The notes below the pieces were generated by a model. The model saw only the letters and a list, made by a program, of their open reading frames with translations, had not been told where the DNA came from and did no database searches. A DNA stretch of 64,000 nucleotides from Vicinamibacterales bacterium (GTDB lineage: Bacteria; Acidobacteriota; Vicinamibacteria; Vicinamibacterales; 2-12-FULL-66-21). Location: NCBI GenBank assembly GCA_035495555.1, contig DATJFQ010000024.1, positions 5,705-69,704 of the forward strand, given 5' to 3'. This document shows, in pieces, positions 1 to 10,332 of the stretch. A program made the position numbers and the translations under genes. Numbering within the stretch: position 1 is the first letter of the stretch; the number at the start of each line of letters is the position of its first letter.

Positions 1-465
1 GTGCTCCCGTTCGAGTTCACGGCGACGGCCCGAACGCTCGGCGGCTACGTCGACGAGCTGGCGAAGCTCGCAAAAGACGACTCGGCGCCGGCCATCGATC
101 TGACGCCGCTCCGAAGCGCCGTGTCGCATCTCGATCGCGCGGCGGCGGCCTACAACACGGCGGCCGCGCCAGACCGGCTCGACCGATTGAGCGGTACACA
201 ACTGGATGACGTGAACCGGCTCCTCTACACCAGCGAGCGCGCGTTCCGCTACGACCCGGGCCTGCCCCGGCGGCCATGGTTCAAGCACCTCGCTTACGCC
301 CCGGGTTTCTACACCGGCTACGGCGTCAAGACGCTGCCCGGCATTCGCGAAGGCATCGAGCAGAAGCAGTGGGATGAGGCCCGCAAGTACGTGCCGATCG
401 TCGCGCAGGCCATCGAGAAGCTCGCCGGGCAAGTGGAGCGGGCCACGCAGATGATCGACAGGTAA
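1..465 (+). CDS. C-terminal part of an M28-family peptidase with transferrin-receptor-like dimerisation domain (glutamate carboxypeptidase II/PSMA-like); 5' end outside window
   Basis: Frame is open to the left edge, stop at 463-465. The tail ...LYTSERAFRYDPGLPRRPWFKHLAYAPGFYTGYGVKTLPGIREGIEQKQWDEA... looks like the helical dimerisation domain that ends this peptidase family (recognised by eye). Confidence 0.55.
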   Translation: MLPFEFTATARTLGGYVDELAKLAKDDSAPAIDLTPLRSAVSHLDRAAAAYNTAAAPDRLDRLSGTQLDDVNRLLYTSERAFRYDPGLPRRPWFKHLAYAPGFYTGYGVKTLPGIREGIEQKQWDEARKYVPIVAQAIEKLAGQVERATQMIDR

Positions 466-554
466 ATCAACGGCACGAGTTCGCAACGACCGAACGACCC
501 AGGGCATCTCTCGATCGGTACGGCACAACGCCGACGGCGCGCTGCGCTGCGGTC

Positions 555-1193
555 GTGATTGCGTCGTTGATCCCGGTCCTTATGATCGAGGCAGGTCTGT
601 TCCTGTTCGAGTCGCGACTCCCGCCAGTGGTTCAGCGCGAACTGTGGGGTCTTTGCGAGACCCTTGCGCACGGACCAGTGCCGATGTACGTGCCAACCGT
701 TCGCGGCGGGCGCAAGATGAGTGTCGGCATGTTGTGCCTCGGCCGGCACTGGAACGCGCAGACATACCGCTACGAGGCGCGTCGGACGGATTTCGACGAC
801 CTTGACGTCCCGCCGCTCCCCGATCGACTCCGTGACATCGCGCGCGATGCCGCACGCGATGCCGGCTTCGAGATGTCGGCGGACCTGTGCATCATGAACT
901 ACTACACCGCAGAAGCGCGGATGGGCGTGCACCAGGACAAGGACGAACGGCCGGAGACGATCGCCCGCGGGATTCCGATTGTCTCGATCTCGCTCGGCGA
1001 CAACGCCCGCTTCGTCGTCGGCGGCCTCACGCGCCGTGAACCGACGCGGCCGCTGGTGCTCCATTCAGGCGACGTGCTCGTGATGGGCGGTCCGTCACGC
1101 CTCCGTTTTCATGGGGTGACGCGGATCCTGCCTGGCACTGCGCCGGCGGGCACTGGCCCGGGGCGCTATAACCTGACGCTGAGAGAGTGGTGA
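555..1193 (+). CDS. alkB: Alpha-ketoglutarate/Fe(II)-dependent dioxygenase AlkB (DNA/RNA alkylation repair)
   Basis: 212-aa ORF with GTG start. AlkB hallmarks are HQDKDE (HxD iron ligands), VSISLG, RLRFHGV and RYNLTLR near the C-terminus, collinear with E. coli AlkB. Confidence 0.85.
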   Translation: MIASLIPVLMIEAGLFLFESRLPPVVQRELWGLCETLAHGPVPMYVPTVRGGRKMSVGMLCLGRHWNAQTYRYEARRTDFDDLDVPPLPDRLRDIARDAARDAGFEMSADLCIMNYYTAEARMGVHQDKDERPETIARGIPIVSISLGDNARFVVGGLTRREPTRPLVLHSGDVLVMGGPSRLRFHGVTRILPGTAPAGTGPGRYNLTLREW

Positions 1194-1323
1194 CCACGAA
1201 AGATCAACTGCGCAACGTCACGACTACCGGGGACGCAAAGGTGTCTCAATCATCCTCGATGAGCCGTTTACGACGAGGCGGCCCTCCGCAACGAAGAGCC
1301 CGAGCGCGCAGCACAGCGGTCGT

Positions 1324-1920
1324 TTAGCAGTCGAATTTGGTGACGAGGCGACGGCTGCGGTGGGCGTCCAGCACGTGCTGACCGAGGCGCTTGCGGAGGA
1401 ACACCTTCGATTCCGCCTCGTCGCCCGGGTGACGCACGAACCGGATCACGTTGAAATTGAGTTGCGCCAGCGCCGCGCGCATCTCATAGAACCGGTTCTT
1501 CGTCTTGACCAGGATTTCGTCGAAACCGTTGGCGAGCGCCCACACTTCCTGCTCTTCGGTCAGCGCCCGGAAATGCCCCTGCCCGCGCCAGTCGCTCCTG
1601 GTGCCGCCAATCCACTGGTAGAGGACACGCCGGCCGCCGAAATCCACGTGGTCGGCGAGCTGCTCGACCAGGTCGGCCAGCTTGGGATCGCTCTCGTCCG
1701 GACGGAGTTCGTGGGCCACCTTGAACGAAACCGGCACGATGGTGCCCGGATCGTCCGGCAGCGGCGCCTCCGCCATCAGGATCTGATGGTCCCGATCGGA
1801 CAGCCGGCGGATGACTTCGCTCGCCGACTTCTTACGCGGGAAGTCCAGGAAGAACTCCTCGATGTACTGGATCTCGAGGGCCCCCTGGTGGAGCGGATAC
1901 TGCTTGATGAGGTAGTCCAC
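1324..1920 (-). CDS. GNAT-family N-acetyltransferase (family-level call only)
   Basis: 198-aa ORF. Acetyl-CoA-binding motif-A-like segment IGGTRSDWRGQGHFRALTEEQEVWALANGFDEILVKT. No closer match recognised. Confidence 0.5.
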   Translation of the reverse strand: MDYLIKQYPLHQGALEIQYIEEFFLDFPRKKSASEVIRRLSDRDHQILMAEAPLPDDPGTIVPVSFKVAHELRPDESDPKLADLVEQLADHVDFGGRRVLYQWIGGTRSDWRGQGHFRALTEEQEVWALANGFDEILVKTKNRFYEMRAALAQLNFNVIRFVRHPGDEAESKVFLRKRLGQHVLDAHRSRRLVTKFDC

Positions 1921-1967
1921 CGAACCTAATCATATCGAATCCGGGAGGGCGCGAATCGAGCGCCGGC

Positions 1968-4403
1968 TTACTCCGCTCTCAGCGCGACGATCGGGTCCAC
2001 TCGGGTGGCGCGCCGCGCCGGAATATAGCTCGCCACCAGCGCGACGGCCGTCAGAATCGCCGCGACGGCGCCAAACGTCACCGGATCCGTCGGGGTGACG
2101 GAAAACAGCATGGTCGAAATCCCACGCGAGACGAGCAGCGCGAGGACCGCACCGATCGCGATGCCCGTCGCCGCAAGGACCATTGCGTGCCCGACGACCA
2201 TCTGCAGCACCGTCCGCTCCTGCGCGCCGAGCGCCATCCGGATGCCGATCTCGCGCGTGCGTTGCGCCACCGCGTACGACAGGACGCCGAAGATGCCGAC
2301 CGACGCGAGCACCAGCGCGACGGCGGCAAAGATAGTGAGCAGCAGCATGTAGAAGCGCGGCTGCGAAATCGAACGAGCCACCACCTCGTCGAGCGGCCGG
2401 ACCTTGGAAACCGGGAGCGCCGGATCGATGGCGCGAACCTGGTCGCGCACCGCGTCGGCGAGCGTCATGGGCGGCGTCGCCGTCCTCATCACGACGGCCA
2501 TGGATTGCACCGGCCATTGCCGGAGCGGCATATAGAGCTGCGGCGCGTTGGCGTCGGCGAGGCCAAGCTCCTTCACGTCCCCGACGATGCCGGCGATTTC
2601 ACCGCCCGCCCGGTAGCGCTGTCCCCTGACCCGCTTTCCCCATCCGAGCCGGATCGTCTTGCCGATTGGATCCTCGTTCGGGAAGTACTGCCGCGCAGCG
2701 GAATCGGTAATGAGCACGACCTGCTTCGATCCGGCGCGATCGTCGTCCGAGAACAGGCGCCCGCGCTTCAGCGGAATACCGATCGTCTGGAAGTACGACG
2801 GGGTCGCCACGCGGATCTGCATCGAGGGCTGATCCTGCGGGGCGACAGGCGGGCGGCCGATGACTTCGAACGAGATATCGAACTGCATGCCGCTCAGCGG
2901 CAGGCCCATGACGGCGCCGACGCTGGTCGCTGCGGGGAGCGCGCGAAGGCGCGGCAGGAGTTCGTCGAAGAACGTGATGATGCGATCTTCGTGGTCATCG
3001 CCGTACTGCGCATCGGGAAACGTCAGCTCGAATGAGAGGGTGTGGTCCGGCCTGAACCCCGGGTCGACCGCCTGCAGCCGCATGAAGCTGCGCATCAGCA
3101 GGCCGGCGCCGACGAGCAGCATGAGCGCGAGCGCCAGTTCCGCGACGACCAGCGCTCCCCGTGTGCGCGCGCCGCCGCGCGCGCCCACCGCACCGCGCCC
3201 GCCGTCCTTCAGCGACGCCGACACGCTGCGGCGGGTGGAGTGCACCGCCGGAACGAGACCGAAAATCACACCGGTTATCAGCGCGACGACGATCGTGAAC
3301 CCAATCACCGCGCCATCGATCCGCACGTCGTCGAGACGCGGGATCCCTTCCGGCTTGAACTGCGCCAGAAACGCGACGCCCCAGACGGCGAGCAGCAGCC
3401 CGATCGCCGCGCCGATGACCGACAGGACGACCGATTCCGTGAGCAATTGCCGAACCAGCCGGCGCCGGCCCGCGCCGAGGGCTGTCCGAACGGCCATTTC
3501 CGTCTCGCGTACCGCCGCCCTCGCAAGCAGCAGGTTCGCGACGTTCGCGCACGCGATGAGGAGCACGAAGGCGACGGCGCCGAGCAGCACCAGCATCGAG
3601 GGCCTGATGTCGCCAACCATCGATTCCAGCAGCGGCACCGCGGTCATGCTGATCGAGCCATCCGCATCCGGATATTGCTTCGCGAGACGCGCGGCGATCG
3701 TCTGGATTTCCGAGGCGGACTGCTCCGGCGTGACACCAGGATTCAGGCGCGCGATGACGTAGAGAAACCAGGCCCCGCGCTGCTTGTTGACGAAATCGTT
3801 GTCGTAGGCAATCGGCATCCATGCCACGCGGTTGTCGGGAAAGTTGAAGCCGGACGGCATGATGCCGACCACTTCCTTGTCGATGCCGTCGATCTGAATG
3901 CGCCGCCCCACGATGCCCGCATCTCCGCCGAAGCGCTGCTGCCAGAGGTTATACGACAGGACGATCAGATTGGTGCGTCCGGGCGTGCTTTCGTCGGGGG
4001 CGAAGGTGCGGCCGATCTGCGCGCGCTGGCGCAGTACGTCGAAGAACGACGCGCTGACCGCGGCCACGTCCAGCCGCACCGGGTCACCCTGGCCCGTGAG
4101 GACGACGCGCTGGGTGTTGATCGCGGCGGCGTTCTCGAGAGATTTCGCGGTGTGCGCGATGTCGATGAAATTCGGCCCCGACATCACCGCGTGCTTGCTG
4201 CCGTCGAACACATGAAACACCGCCACCAGGCGGTTGGATTCAGCAAACGGCAGCGGCTTCAGCAGCACGCCGCGCACTACGCTGAAGATCGCGCTGTTCG
4301 CGCCGATGCCGAGCGCCAGCGTCAACACAGCGACGATGGTGAAGCCGGGCGCCTTCAGCAGGCGGCGAAGCGCGTAAAGAAAATCCTGGCGCAGAACATC
4401 CAT
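1968..4403 (-). CDS. ADOP-family duplicated FtsX/MacB-like permease (ADOP1, no prefix, no adjacent PadR)
   Basis: 811 aa. Starts [22 protein letters not shown]...[10 protein letters not shown]. Two MacB-like periplasmic domains, each followed by a 4-TM FtsX half. Ends [16 protein letters not shown]. Architecture of the acidobacterial duplicated orphan permease family (TIGR03434, from memory). Confidence 0.9.
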   Translation of the reverse strand: MDVLRQDFLYALRRLLKAPGFTIVAVLTLALGIGANSAIFSVVRGVLLKPLPFAESNRLVAVFHVFDGSKHAVMSGPNFIDIAHTAKSLENAAAINTQRVVLTGQGDPVRLDVAAVSASFFDVLRQRAQIGRTFAPDESTPGRTNLIVLSYNLWQQRFGGDAGIVGRRIQIDGIDKEVVGIMPSGFNFPDNRVAWMPIAYDNDFVNKQRGAWFLYVIARLNPGVTPEQSASEIQTIAARLAKQYPDADGSISMTAVPLLESMVGDIRPSMLVLLGAVAFVLLIACANVANLLLARAAVRETEMAVRTALGAGRRRLVRQLLTESVVLSVIGAAIGLLLAVWGVAFLAQFKPEGIPRLDDVRIDGAVIGFTIVVALITGVIFGLVPAVHSTRRSVSASLKDGGRGAVGARGGARTRGALVVAELALALMLLVGAGLLMRSFMRLQAVDPGFRPDHTLSFELTFPDAQYGDDHEDRIITFFDELLPRLRALPAATSVGAVMGLPLSGMQFDISFEVIGRPPVAPQDQPSMQIRVATPSYFQTIGIPLKRGRLFSDDDRAGSKQVVLITDSAARQYFPNEDPIGKTIRLGWGKRVRGQRYRAGGEIAGIVGDVKELGLADANAPQLYMPLRQWPVQSMAVVMRTATPPMTLADAVRDQVRAIDPALPVSKVRPLDEVVARSISQPRFYMLLLTIFAAVALVLASVGIFGVLSYAVAQRTREIGIRMALGAQERTVLQMVVGHAMVLAATGIAIGAVLALLVSRGISTMLFSVTPTDPVTFGAVAAILTAVALVASYIPARRATRVDPIVALRAE

Positions 4404-4581
4404 ATGGTGGGGCCGCTACAGCCAAAAGCGTACCGGCCCCGGTTCACGAGAGATCAAGGCGGCAACTTCGCCTATTCCCACCTCCCGACGGGAGTGCGGG
4501 GTGCACGCAGGACGGCGGCCGGTCGTCCGTTGGTCTCCCGGGTGTCCGTTACCGGAAGCGCCCGTCCCGGAAGCGAACAGC

Positions 4582-5136
4582 TTAGCGGCTGCGCCAGTCA
4601 GGGTTAATCAGCGCGTAGATGGCCTGGTCTCGGGCCTTTCCGAACTTGACGCTGCTGGAACGGAGGATCCCTTCCTGCTGGTAGCCGGCCTTTTCGAGGA
4701 CCCGCATCGACTGCCGGTTGTCGGCAAACGGCAGCGCGTACAGGCGCAGGAGTCCGCACTGCTGAAACGCATACTCGGACACGAGCCGCACCGCTTCGGC
4801 GGTGATGCCGCGTCCCCAGTACTCTTCGCCAATCCAGTATCCGATCTCCGCCGAATAGCGTTCGACGTCCGTCCCGGGTGAGAAACCGATGCCGCCAATC
4901 GGCTCATCGTCTACCGTGATTGCGAACGTGGTGACTGGATGCGCGTGCAGGACGCTTTCGATAAAGGTCCGCGCATCGCCGATCGTGTACGGATGCGGAA
5001 AGCGGTCGCGGAGCTGGCGCGCGACGTTCGCGTTGTTGGCGTGTCGCGCAAGGGGTTTCGCATCGCTGGCGCGCCATGTCCGGACGCGGCATCGGTCACC
5101 GTCGAGGTGCAACGTGCGATCGACTCCCAATCCCAA
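4582..5136 (-). CDS. GNAT-family N-acetyltransferase (RimJ/RimL-like)
   Basis: 184 aa. Contains RTWRASDAKPLARHANNANVARQLRDRFPHPYT, then IGYWIGEEYWGRGITAEAV and a typical Acetyltransf_3 C-terminal half. Confidence 0.75.
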   Translation of the reverse strand: MGLGVDRTLHLDGDRCRVRTWRASDAKPLARHANNANVARQLRDRFPHPYTIGDARTFIESVLHAHPVTTFAITVDDEPIGGIGFSPGTDVERYSAEIGYWIGEEYWGRGITAEAVRLVSEYAFQQCGLLRLYALPFADNRQSMRVLEKAGYQQEGILRSSSVKFGKARDQAIYALINPDWRSR

Positions 5137-5173
5137 CTCCCTGTGTCCAAACGTGCGGTCGAAGCAACCTGGG

Positions 5174-5944
5174 TTAGAAGAGGGTCTGACCGTTCGACTT
5201 CAGCCAGCGCTCCGACTCGCGGAATCCCGGATCCATCGACTCCACGGATTTCCAGAAACGACGCGAGTGGTTCGGATGCTCGAGGTGCGCGAGTTCGTGG
5301 ATCAGAATGTAGCGCCGGACTGACGGAGGCATCTGAATAAGCCGATAGTTGAGCGCGATCGTGCCGGCGCGTGAGCACGATCCCCAACGCGAGCGCTGAT
5401 CACGAACGCTCACGCGTTTCACCGTGAGCTGGTACTGCGCGGCGAGCGCGAGAAGCTGGGGCGGCAGGTCGCGTCCCGCCGTCGCGCGCATCGCGTGTCG
5501 CACCGCGTCTCGAATATCTGCTCCTGCGGAGACGGTGATGGTCAGACCGCCGAGCGTTGCGCGCAATCCATCCATCGCCGAGACGATCGTCAGCCGCTCG
5601 GGCGTGCCGTCGAGGAGGACGAGTGTCCCGTCCGCCCATGGTGACGGCTCGCCCGGCACCTGCAGACGCGCGCGCTGCCTCAGCGCCCACGAGAAGTGAC
5701 GCTCCGCGAACCGAAACGCCTCGGCGCGCGAGCCGCCTCGCGGAATCGTGACCCGCAGCGAGCCGTCAGGCCGCAGGCGCATGACGTAGCGTTTTGCACG
5801 CGGCATCCGCACGAGGTGGACCACAAAGCGCGACGCGCCAGAACCGATCGACAGCTCGCGCGCGGGCGGCGGCGATTCAGTCGCGCCCAATGGCAACCGC
5901 AGTTGTGCTGTGGGCATCTTCCGCACGGCGTTTCTCGCCATCAA
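5174..5944 (-). CDS. YgjP/DUF45-type (M48-like) metal-dependent hydrolase
   Basis: C-terminal block RRYILIHELAHLEHPNHSRRFWKSVE carries the HExxH zinc motif in the YgjP context. The exact start within the 256-aa ORF is uncertain. Confidence 0.7.
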   Translation of the reverse strand: MMARNAVRKMPTAQLRLPLGATESPPPARELSIGSGASRFVVHLVRMPRAKRYVMRLRPDGSLRVTIPRGGSRAEAFRFAERHFSWALRQRARLQVPGEPSPWADGTLVLLDGTPERLTIVSAMDGLRATLGGLTITVSAGADIRDAVRHAMRATAGRDLPPQLLALAAQYQLTVKRVSVRDQRSRWGSCSRAGTIALNYRLIQMPPSVRRYILIHELAHLEHPNHSRRFWKSVESMDPGFRESERWLKSNGQTLF

Positions 5945-5953
5945 CTCCAGCCC

Positions 5954-6385
5954 TCAGAACCGAACCAGCGGGCGGCCGTACGGCAGACCGGGCCACGGTT
6001 GCGATGCGAGGAGCACAAGCAACGAAAGGGCGAGGAACGTTTTCGCGTGGGGCGCTCCGCGATCGCCGCGGATTTTCCCTACGTGCGCCAGCGCGATGGC
6101 GATGATCATGCCGAAGGGATGCTCGACCAGGAAAAAGCGCGTCGCCGGCGTGTGCATGGCTGCCCCGAAATCGTGCATCGCAGCGGTCGTGTTCGGGCTG
6201 ATGAACAGATACAGCGCGAGACCCACGAGCAACTGCACGTCGAGGAGAATCGTGAACCAGAGGCCGGCCTTGCTGCCGGCACCGTGCCGCGGCGTCGCCG
6301 ACACCACCGCGGCGATGCCCGCCAGAATTGCCGCCCAGCGCAGCCATGAGTGGACAATCAGCGTCGCCGAATACATGCGGCGCAT
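5954..6385 (-). CDS. Integral membrane protein of unknown function (4 predicted TM helices)
   Basis: 143-aa ORF with four hydrophobic stretches (LIVHSWLRWAAILAGIAAVV, LWFTILLDVQLLVGLALYLFI, FGMIIAIALAHV, FLALSLLVLLA). Its stop is 10 nt upstream of the YgjP-like start, so it probably shares an operon with it. Confidence 0.5.
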   Translation of the reverse strand: MRRMYSATLIVHSWLRWAAILAGIAAVVSATPRHGAGSKAGLWFTILLDVQLLVGLALYLFISPNTTAAMHDFGAAMHTPATRFFLVEHPFGMIIAIALAHVGKIRGDRGAPHAKTFLALSLLVLLASQPWPGLPYGRPLVRF

Positions 6386-6507
6386 GATATCGCGTTCGGG
6401 CGGCTCGTTATCCGGACTGTCAAGATGAGTGGTCGCCCCCGTCGGGCCGTGCGGCGGCGGCCTTCAGGCCGCGAGCTGCGCCGCCTTGCCAACTCTGTCG
6501 GAATTGG

Positions 6508-6528
6508 ATATAACAACATTCGTTATAT
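6508..6528. promoter_or_regulatory. Perfect inverted repeat ATATAAC-N7-GTTATAT overlapping the PadR1 start codon (candidate PadR operator)
   Basis: Read directly: ATATAAC (6508-6514), AACATTC, GTTATAT (6522-6528); ATG at 6527. AT-only 7-mers stand out in this GC-rich DNA. Confidence 0.5.
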
Positions 6529-6883
6529 GAACCGGCGCGACATCGACCGGCAGCTGCCGCTCCCGCCCGCGTTCCTCCACATCCTCATCGCCATCGGCGA
6601 CGGCGAACGCCACGGCTACGCGATCATGCAGGCCGTCGCGGACCGGACCAGCGGCAAGGTACGTATGAGTCCGGGAACGCTGTACGGATCGATCCGCCGC
6701 CTGCTCGATGACGGCCTCATCGAGGAGGTGATGCGCCGGCCTTCGAGGGGCGATGATGACGAGCGGCGGCGCTATTACCGCGTAACGCCGTTCGGCCGGG
6801 CCGTGGCGACGGCCGAAACCGTGCGGCTGTCGACGCTGGTCCAGGACGCCAGGGCCGCCGGGCTGGTGCTGCGCAAGGGCTGA
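6527..6883 (+). CDS. PadR-family transcriptional regulator (PadR1)
   Basis: Start moved from 6350 to ATG 6527 (MNRRDIDRQLPLPPAFLHILIAIGDGERHGYAIMQAV...MSPGTLYGSIRRLLDDGLIEE...RRYYRVTPFG), a winged-HTH PadR signature. Its stop is 1 nt before the ADOP2 ATG. Confidence 0.85.
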   Translation: MNRRDIDRQLPLPPAFLHILIAIGDGERHGYAIMQAVADRTSGKVRMSPGTLYGSIRRLLDDGLIEEVMRRPSRGDDDERRRYYRVTPFGRAVATAETVRLSTLVQDARAAGLVLRKG

Positions 6884-6884
6884 G

Positions 6885-9467
6885 ATGCGGGTCCGCGATC
6901 GGTTGTTCGCATGGATCGTGCGGATGTACCCGCGCGAGTTCCGCGATCGGTTCGGGCCCGAAATGGCCGCTGCGTACCGCAATGCTCGCGACGATGCGGC
7001 GAGTCGCGGACTCGGGGCGCTGTCTTCGTTCTGGACCTCCGTTGCGACTGATGTCGCGATGCGGGCGCCTGGAGAACACCTCATGCTGACGATCGACGAT
7101 GTTCGATTCGCCCTGCGCAGCCTTCGCGCCGCCCCTGTGTTCGCGATCGTCGCGCTGGTGACGCTGGCGCTTGGCATCGGGGCCAATACCGCCATGTACA
7201 CCGTCGTGGAGGCCGTCGCGCTTCGGCCGCTGCCGTTCCCGGACTCCGGGCGCCTCGTCCGCATCTGGGAGAAGAACGACACGCTGAAAATCGCCCAGTT
7301 CTCGACGTCTGCGCTGAACTATTTGTCCTGGCGCGAGAAGGCGCGCGCGTTCGAGGATCTCGCCGCCTGGCGTTCCGGAAGCGTGACCGTGGCGACGGGC
7401 ACCGAACCCGTTCGCGTGCAGCGGATCGAAGCGACACGGTCGCTGCTGCCTGTTCTGCGCACCGAGCCAGTCGTCGGGCGGAATTTCACCGGCGACGAAG
7501 TCCGCGTCGGAGGACCGCGCGCCGCGCTCCTCCTCGAATCGTTCTGGCGCGATCGGTTCGGCGCCGATCCGTCCGTCATCGGGCGGCAGGTCTCTCTGGA
7601 CGGCGTGGCCCACACGGTCGTCGGGATCGTTCCCGATCGCGGCCTGGTCAGCCAGGTGCAGATTGTTACTCCGCTACTCATCGACCCCGCGAAAGAGTCG
7701 CGCGCCAACCACACGCTCACTACGATTGCACGCCTTCGCCCCGGCGTGACGCTGGCTCAGGCGCAGCAGGACATGGACCGCGTGGCGCGGGAGCTCTCCG
7801 GCGAGTTCGCAGACGATGCTCGATGGGGTACGGTGGTCGCGTCGTTCTACGACTGGCTCGTTCCGCCGGCGGTCCGCACGGCGCTGTACGTCATGCTGGC
7901 GGCGGTCGCCCTCGTTCTGCTCGTCGTCTGCACGAATCTGGCAAATTTGATGCTGGCGCGGGCGTCGGCCCGATCGCGCGAACTCGCGGTGCGCCTGGCG
8001 CTCGGCGCCACCCGGGCGCGAATCATCCGGCAAGTGCTCACCGAGAGCCTGCTGCTCGCGATCGCCGGCGGAGCGGGCGGTGTGCTGCTCGCCTGGCGTC
8101 TGACGCCGGTTGTGCGCCGCCTCGCGACCGGCGTGCTGCCCCCCGGGAGCACGGTCTCGCTGAACGCATCCGTGCTCTTCTTCTCGCTCGCGGTCAGCAT
8201 CGCAGCGGGAGTGCTGTTCGGCGTCCTGCCCGCTGCACTCAGCAGGACGGGTGACGTCGCGATGGTGTTGAATCGCGGAGGGCGGGGCGTCGCGCCGCAG
8301 CAGGGACTCGCCCGGCAGGTGCTCGTCATCTCCGAAGTGGCGCTGGCGACGGTCCTGGTATCAGCCGGCGCGCTTCTGGTGCAAAGCTATCAACGGCTGC
8401 AGCACGCCGACCTCGGATTCAATCCGAATCGGATCACCACCGCGATGATTGGCTTGCCTGCCGAACGATACGCGTCAGCCGAGTCCGCCATTACTTTCTA
8501 TCAGCGGCTGATGGCCGGCATCAGCGCGGCGCCGGGTGTGGAATCCGCGGCGCTCGGCAGCGGGCCGCCGCTGACCGGCGTGAGCACCGGTATGCCGGTT
8601 GGCGCGATCGGGGCCTCCCCGCTGGGAAGTGCGGACATGCAGGCCGACTGGCGCTTCGTCAGCGGCAATTATTTCGCGACACTCGCAGTGCCCGTCGTGC
8701 AGGGCCGCACCTTCGATCAACGCGAGATTGGTGAACATGGCCTTGCCAGCGTCGTGCTGAGCCAGAGCCTTGCGAGGGCGCTCTTCAGCGGCGACCCGCT
8801 GCAACGCCAGGTCCGCCTCGGCAATCGCAGGGTCTACACCGTCATCGGCGTCGTCGGGGACGTGCGCAATCTCTCGCTCGCGACGGCGCCGCGGCCAACC
8901 ATGTACTTCTCGAGCGGCGAATTGCTCTGGCCATCGATGACCATCGTCGTTCGGTCGGCCGGAGACATCCCCGTGGCCCAGACGGTCCGCCGCATCGTCG
9001 CTTCGCTCGATCCGGAGCTGGCGATCTTCAACGTGCAGCGGATGCGGGACGCCCTCGCGAACAACGCCGCGCAGCCCCAGACGACGGCGTGGCTGGTCGG
9101 GAATTTCGCCGCGCTGGCGCTGCTGCTCGCGCTGATCGGTGTGTACGGCGTACTCGCCTATCTGGTGGTGCAGCGAACGCGCGAGATTGGTGTGCGGATG
9201 GCGCTCGGCGCGACACCTCGCGGCATGACGTACGTCGTGCTGCGGTATGCGATGAGGCTGACCGGCATCGGCGTCATCGCCGGAGCCGCAGGGTCGCTGG
9301 TGGTGGGTCCGCTGCTTGCGTCGGAGTTGTATGGTGTGTCGGCGCACGATACGGCAACGATGATTGGGGTCCCGCTGGCGCTGCTTGCCATGTCGATGCT
9401 GGCGGCGTTCGTGCCCGCGTGGCGCGCCACGCGTGTGGATCCGCTCGTCGCGCTGCGCGCGGAGTAG
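6885..9467 (+). CDS. ADOP-family duplicated permease with N-terminal prefix domain (ADOP2)
   Basis: 860 aa. A 70-aa prefix (MRVRDRLFAWIVRMYPREFRDRFGPEMAAAYRNARDD...) precedes the conserved DDVRFALRSLRAAPVF...GIGANTAMYT. Duplicated FtsX halves. Ends WRATRVDPLVALRAE. Confidence 0.9.
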   Translation: MRVRDRLFAWIVRMYPREFRDRFGPEMAAAYRNARDDAASRGLGALSSFWTSVATDVAMRAPGEHLMLTIDDVRFALRSLRAAPVFAIVALVTLALGIGANTAMYTVVEAVALRPLPFPDSGRLVRIWEKNDTLKIAQFSTSALNYLSWREKARAFEDLAAWRSGSVTVATGTEPVRVQRIEATRSLLPVLRTEPVVGRNFTGDEVRVGGPRAALLLESFWRDRFGADPSVIGRQVSLDGVAHTVVGIVPDRGLVSQVQIVTPLLIDPAKESRANHTLTTIARLRPGVTLAQAQQDMDRVARELSGEFADDARWGTVVASFYDWLVPPAVRTALYVMLAAVALVLLVVCTNLANLMLARASARSRELAVRLALGATRARIIRQVLTESLLLAIAGGAGGVLLAWRLTPVVRRLATGVLPPGSTVSLNASVLFFSLAVSIAAGVLFGVLPAALSRTGDVAMVLNRGGRGVAPQQGLARQVLVISEVALATVLVSAGALLVQSYQRLQHADLGFNPNRITTAMIGLPAERYASAESAITFYQRLMAGISAAPGVESAALGSGPPLTGVSTGMPVGAIGASPLGSADMQADWRFVSGNYFATLAVPVVQGRTFDQREIGEHGLASVVLSQSLARALFSGDPLQRQVRLGNRRVYTVIGVVGDVRNLSLATAPRPTMYFSSGELLWPSMTIVVRSAGDIPVAQTVRRIVASLDPELAIFNVQRMRDALANNAAQPQTTAWLVGNFAALALLLALIGVYGVLAYLVVQRTREIGVRMALGATPRGMTYVVLRYAMRLTGIGVIAGAAGSLVVGPLLASELYGVSAHDTATMIGVPLALLAMSMLAAFVPAWRATRVDPLVALRAE

Positions 9468-9487
9468 GTTGTGGATACGATGGATAA

Positions 9488-10138
9488 GTGCTCGTGGTCT
9501 TCGATCTGGATGGGACACTCATCGACTCCCGACGCGATCTCGCGGACGCGGCCAACGCTCTCATCATCGAACTGGGGGGCCAGCCGCTCGCGGTCGACGA
9601 GGTCAGCCGGATGGTGGGCGAGGGTGCGGCCATGCTGGTGAGGCGCGCGCTGACGGCGTCGCAGCTCCCGGGCGTGTCCGTTGCTGCAGCGCTCGAAAGA
9701 TTCCTGGCGCTTTACGATGAACGGCTGCTCGCTCACACCAGGCTTTACGACGGCGTCGCAGACGTGCTCGGCGAGCTGAGTCCGGAACACGCGCTGGGGC
9801 TGCTCACGAACAAGCCGTTGGGCGCGACGCGGCAGATTCTCGAAGGGCTGCAGATCGCGTCGTTTTTCCGGTGGGTCCTCGGCGGCGACGGACCGCACCC
9901 GCGGAAACCCGACCCTGCCGGGCTGCTGCACATCGTCGAGCGCGCGCACGCCGCCATCGACGAGACGACCATGGTCGGCGATTCAGCGATCGATCTCGCG
10001 ACGGCCCGCGCGGCCGGCTGTGCGGCTTGCCTTGCGAAGTACGGATTTGGGTACCGGGACAATCTTCCGCTCCGCGGCGACGAACTGATCGCCAGTACGC
10101 CGCGCGACATCTTGACGTTGCTCGACCGGCGCGCCTGA
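9488..10138 (+). CDS. gph: HAD-superfamily phosphoglycolate phosphatase
   Basis: GTG start. HAD motif I VFDLDGTLIDS, motif II LTNKP, then GGDGPHPRKPDP and MVGDSAIDLATARAAG. Layout is typical of Gph. Confidence 0.75.
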   Translation: MLVVFDLDGTLIDSRRDLADAANALIIELGGQPLAVDEVSRMVGEGAAMLVRRALTASQLPGVSVAAALERFLALYDERLLAHTRLYDGVADVLGELSPEHALGLLTNKPLGATRQILEGLQIASFFRWVLGGDGPHPRKPDPAGLLHIVERAHAAIDETTMVGDSAIDLATARAAGCAACLAKYGFGYRDNLPLRGDELIASTPRDILTLLDRRA

Positions 10139-10332
10139 GCGGGTCGGAGGGCAAGTTCCAACGCTGCTCGTCCCAACCGGCGCGCCTGGCGAAGTGGTGA
10201 GGCGCCGCTACAGCGGGACGAACGCGCGCGTGCGAGTGACCGACACAAAGAGGTTCGGGCGCCGTCACTTTGCGCACGACGGTGCCGTCGTGGTCTCGAT
10301 ACAAACGCGGACAGGGCTTCGGCCCGTCCGCC

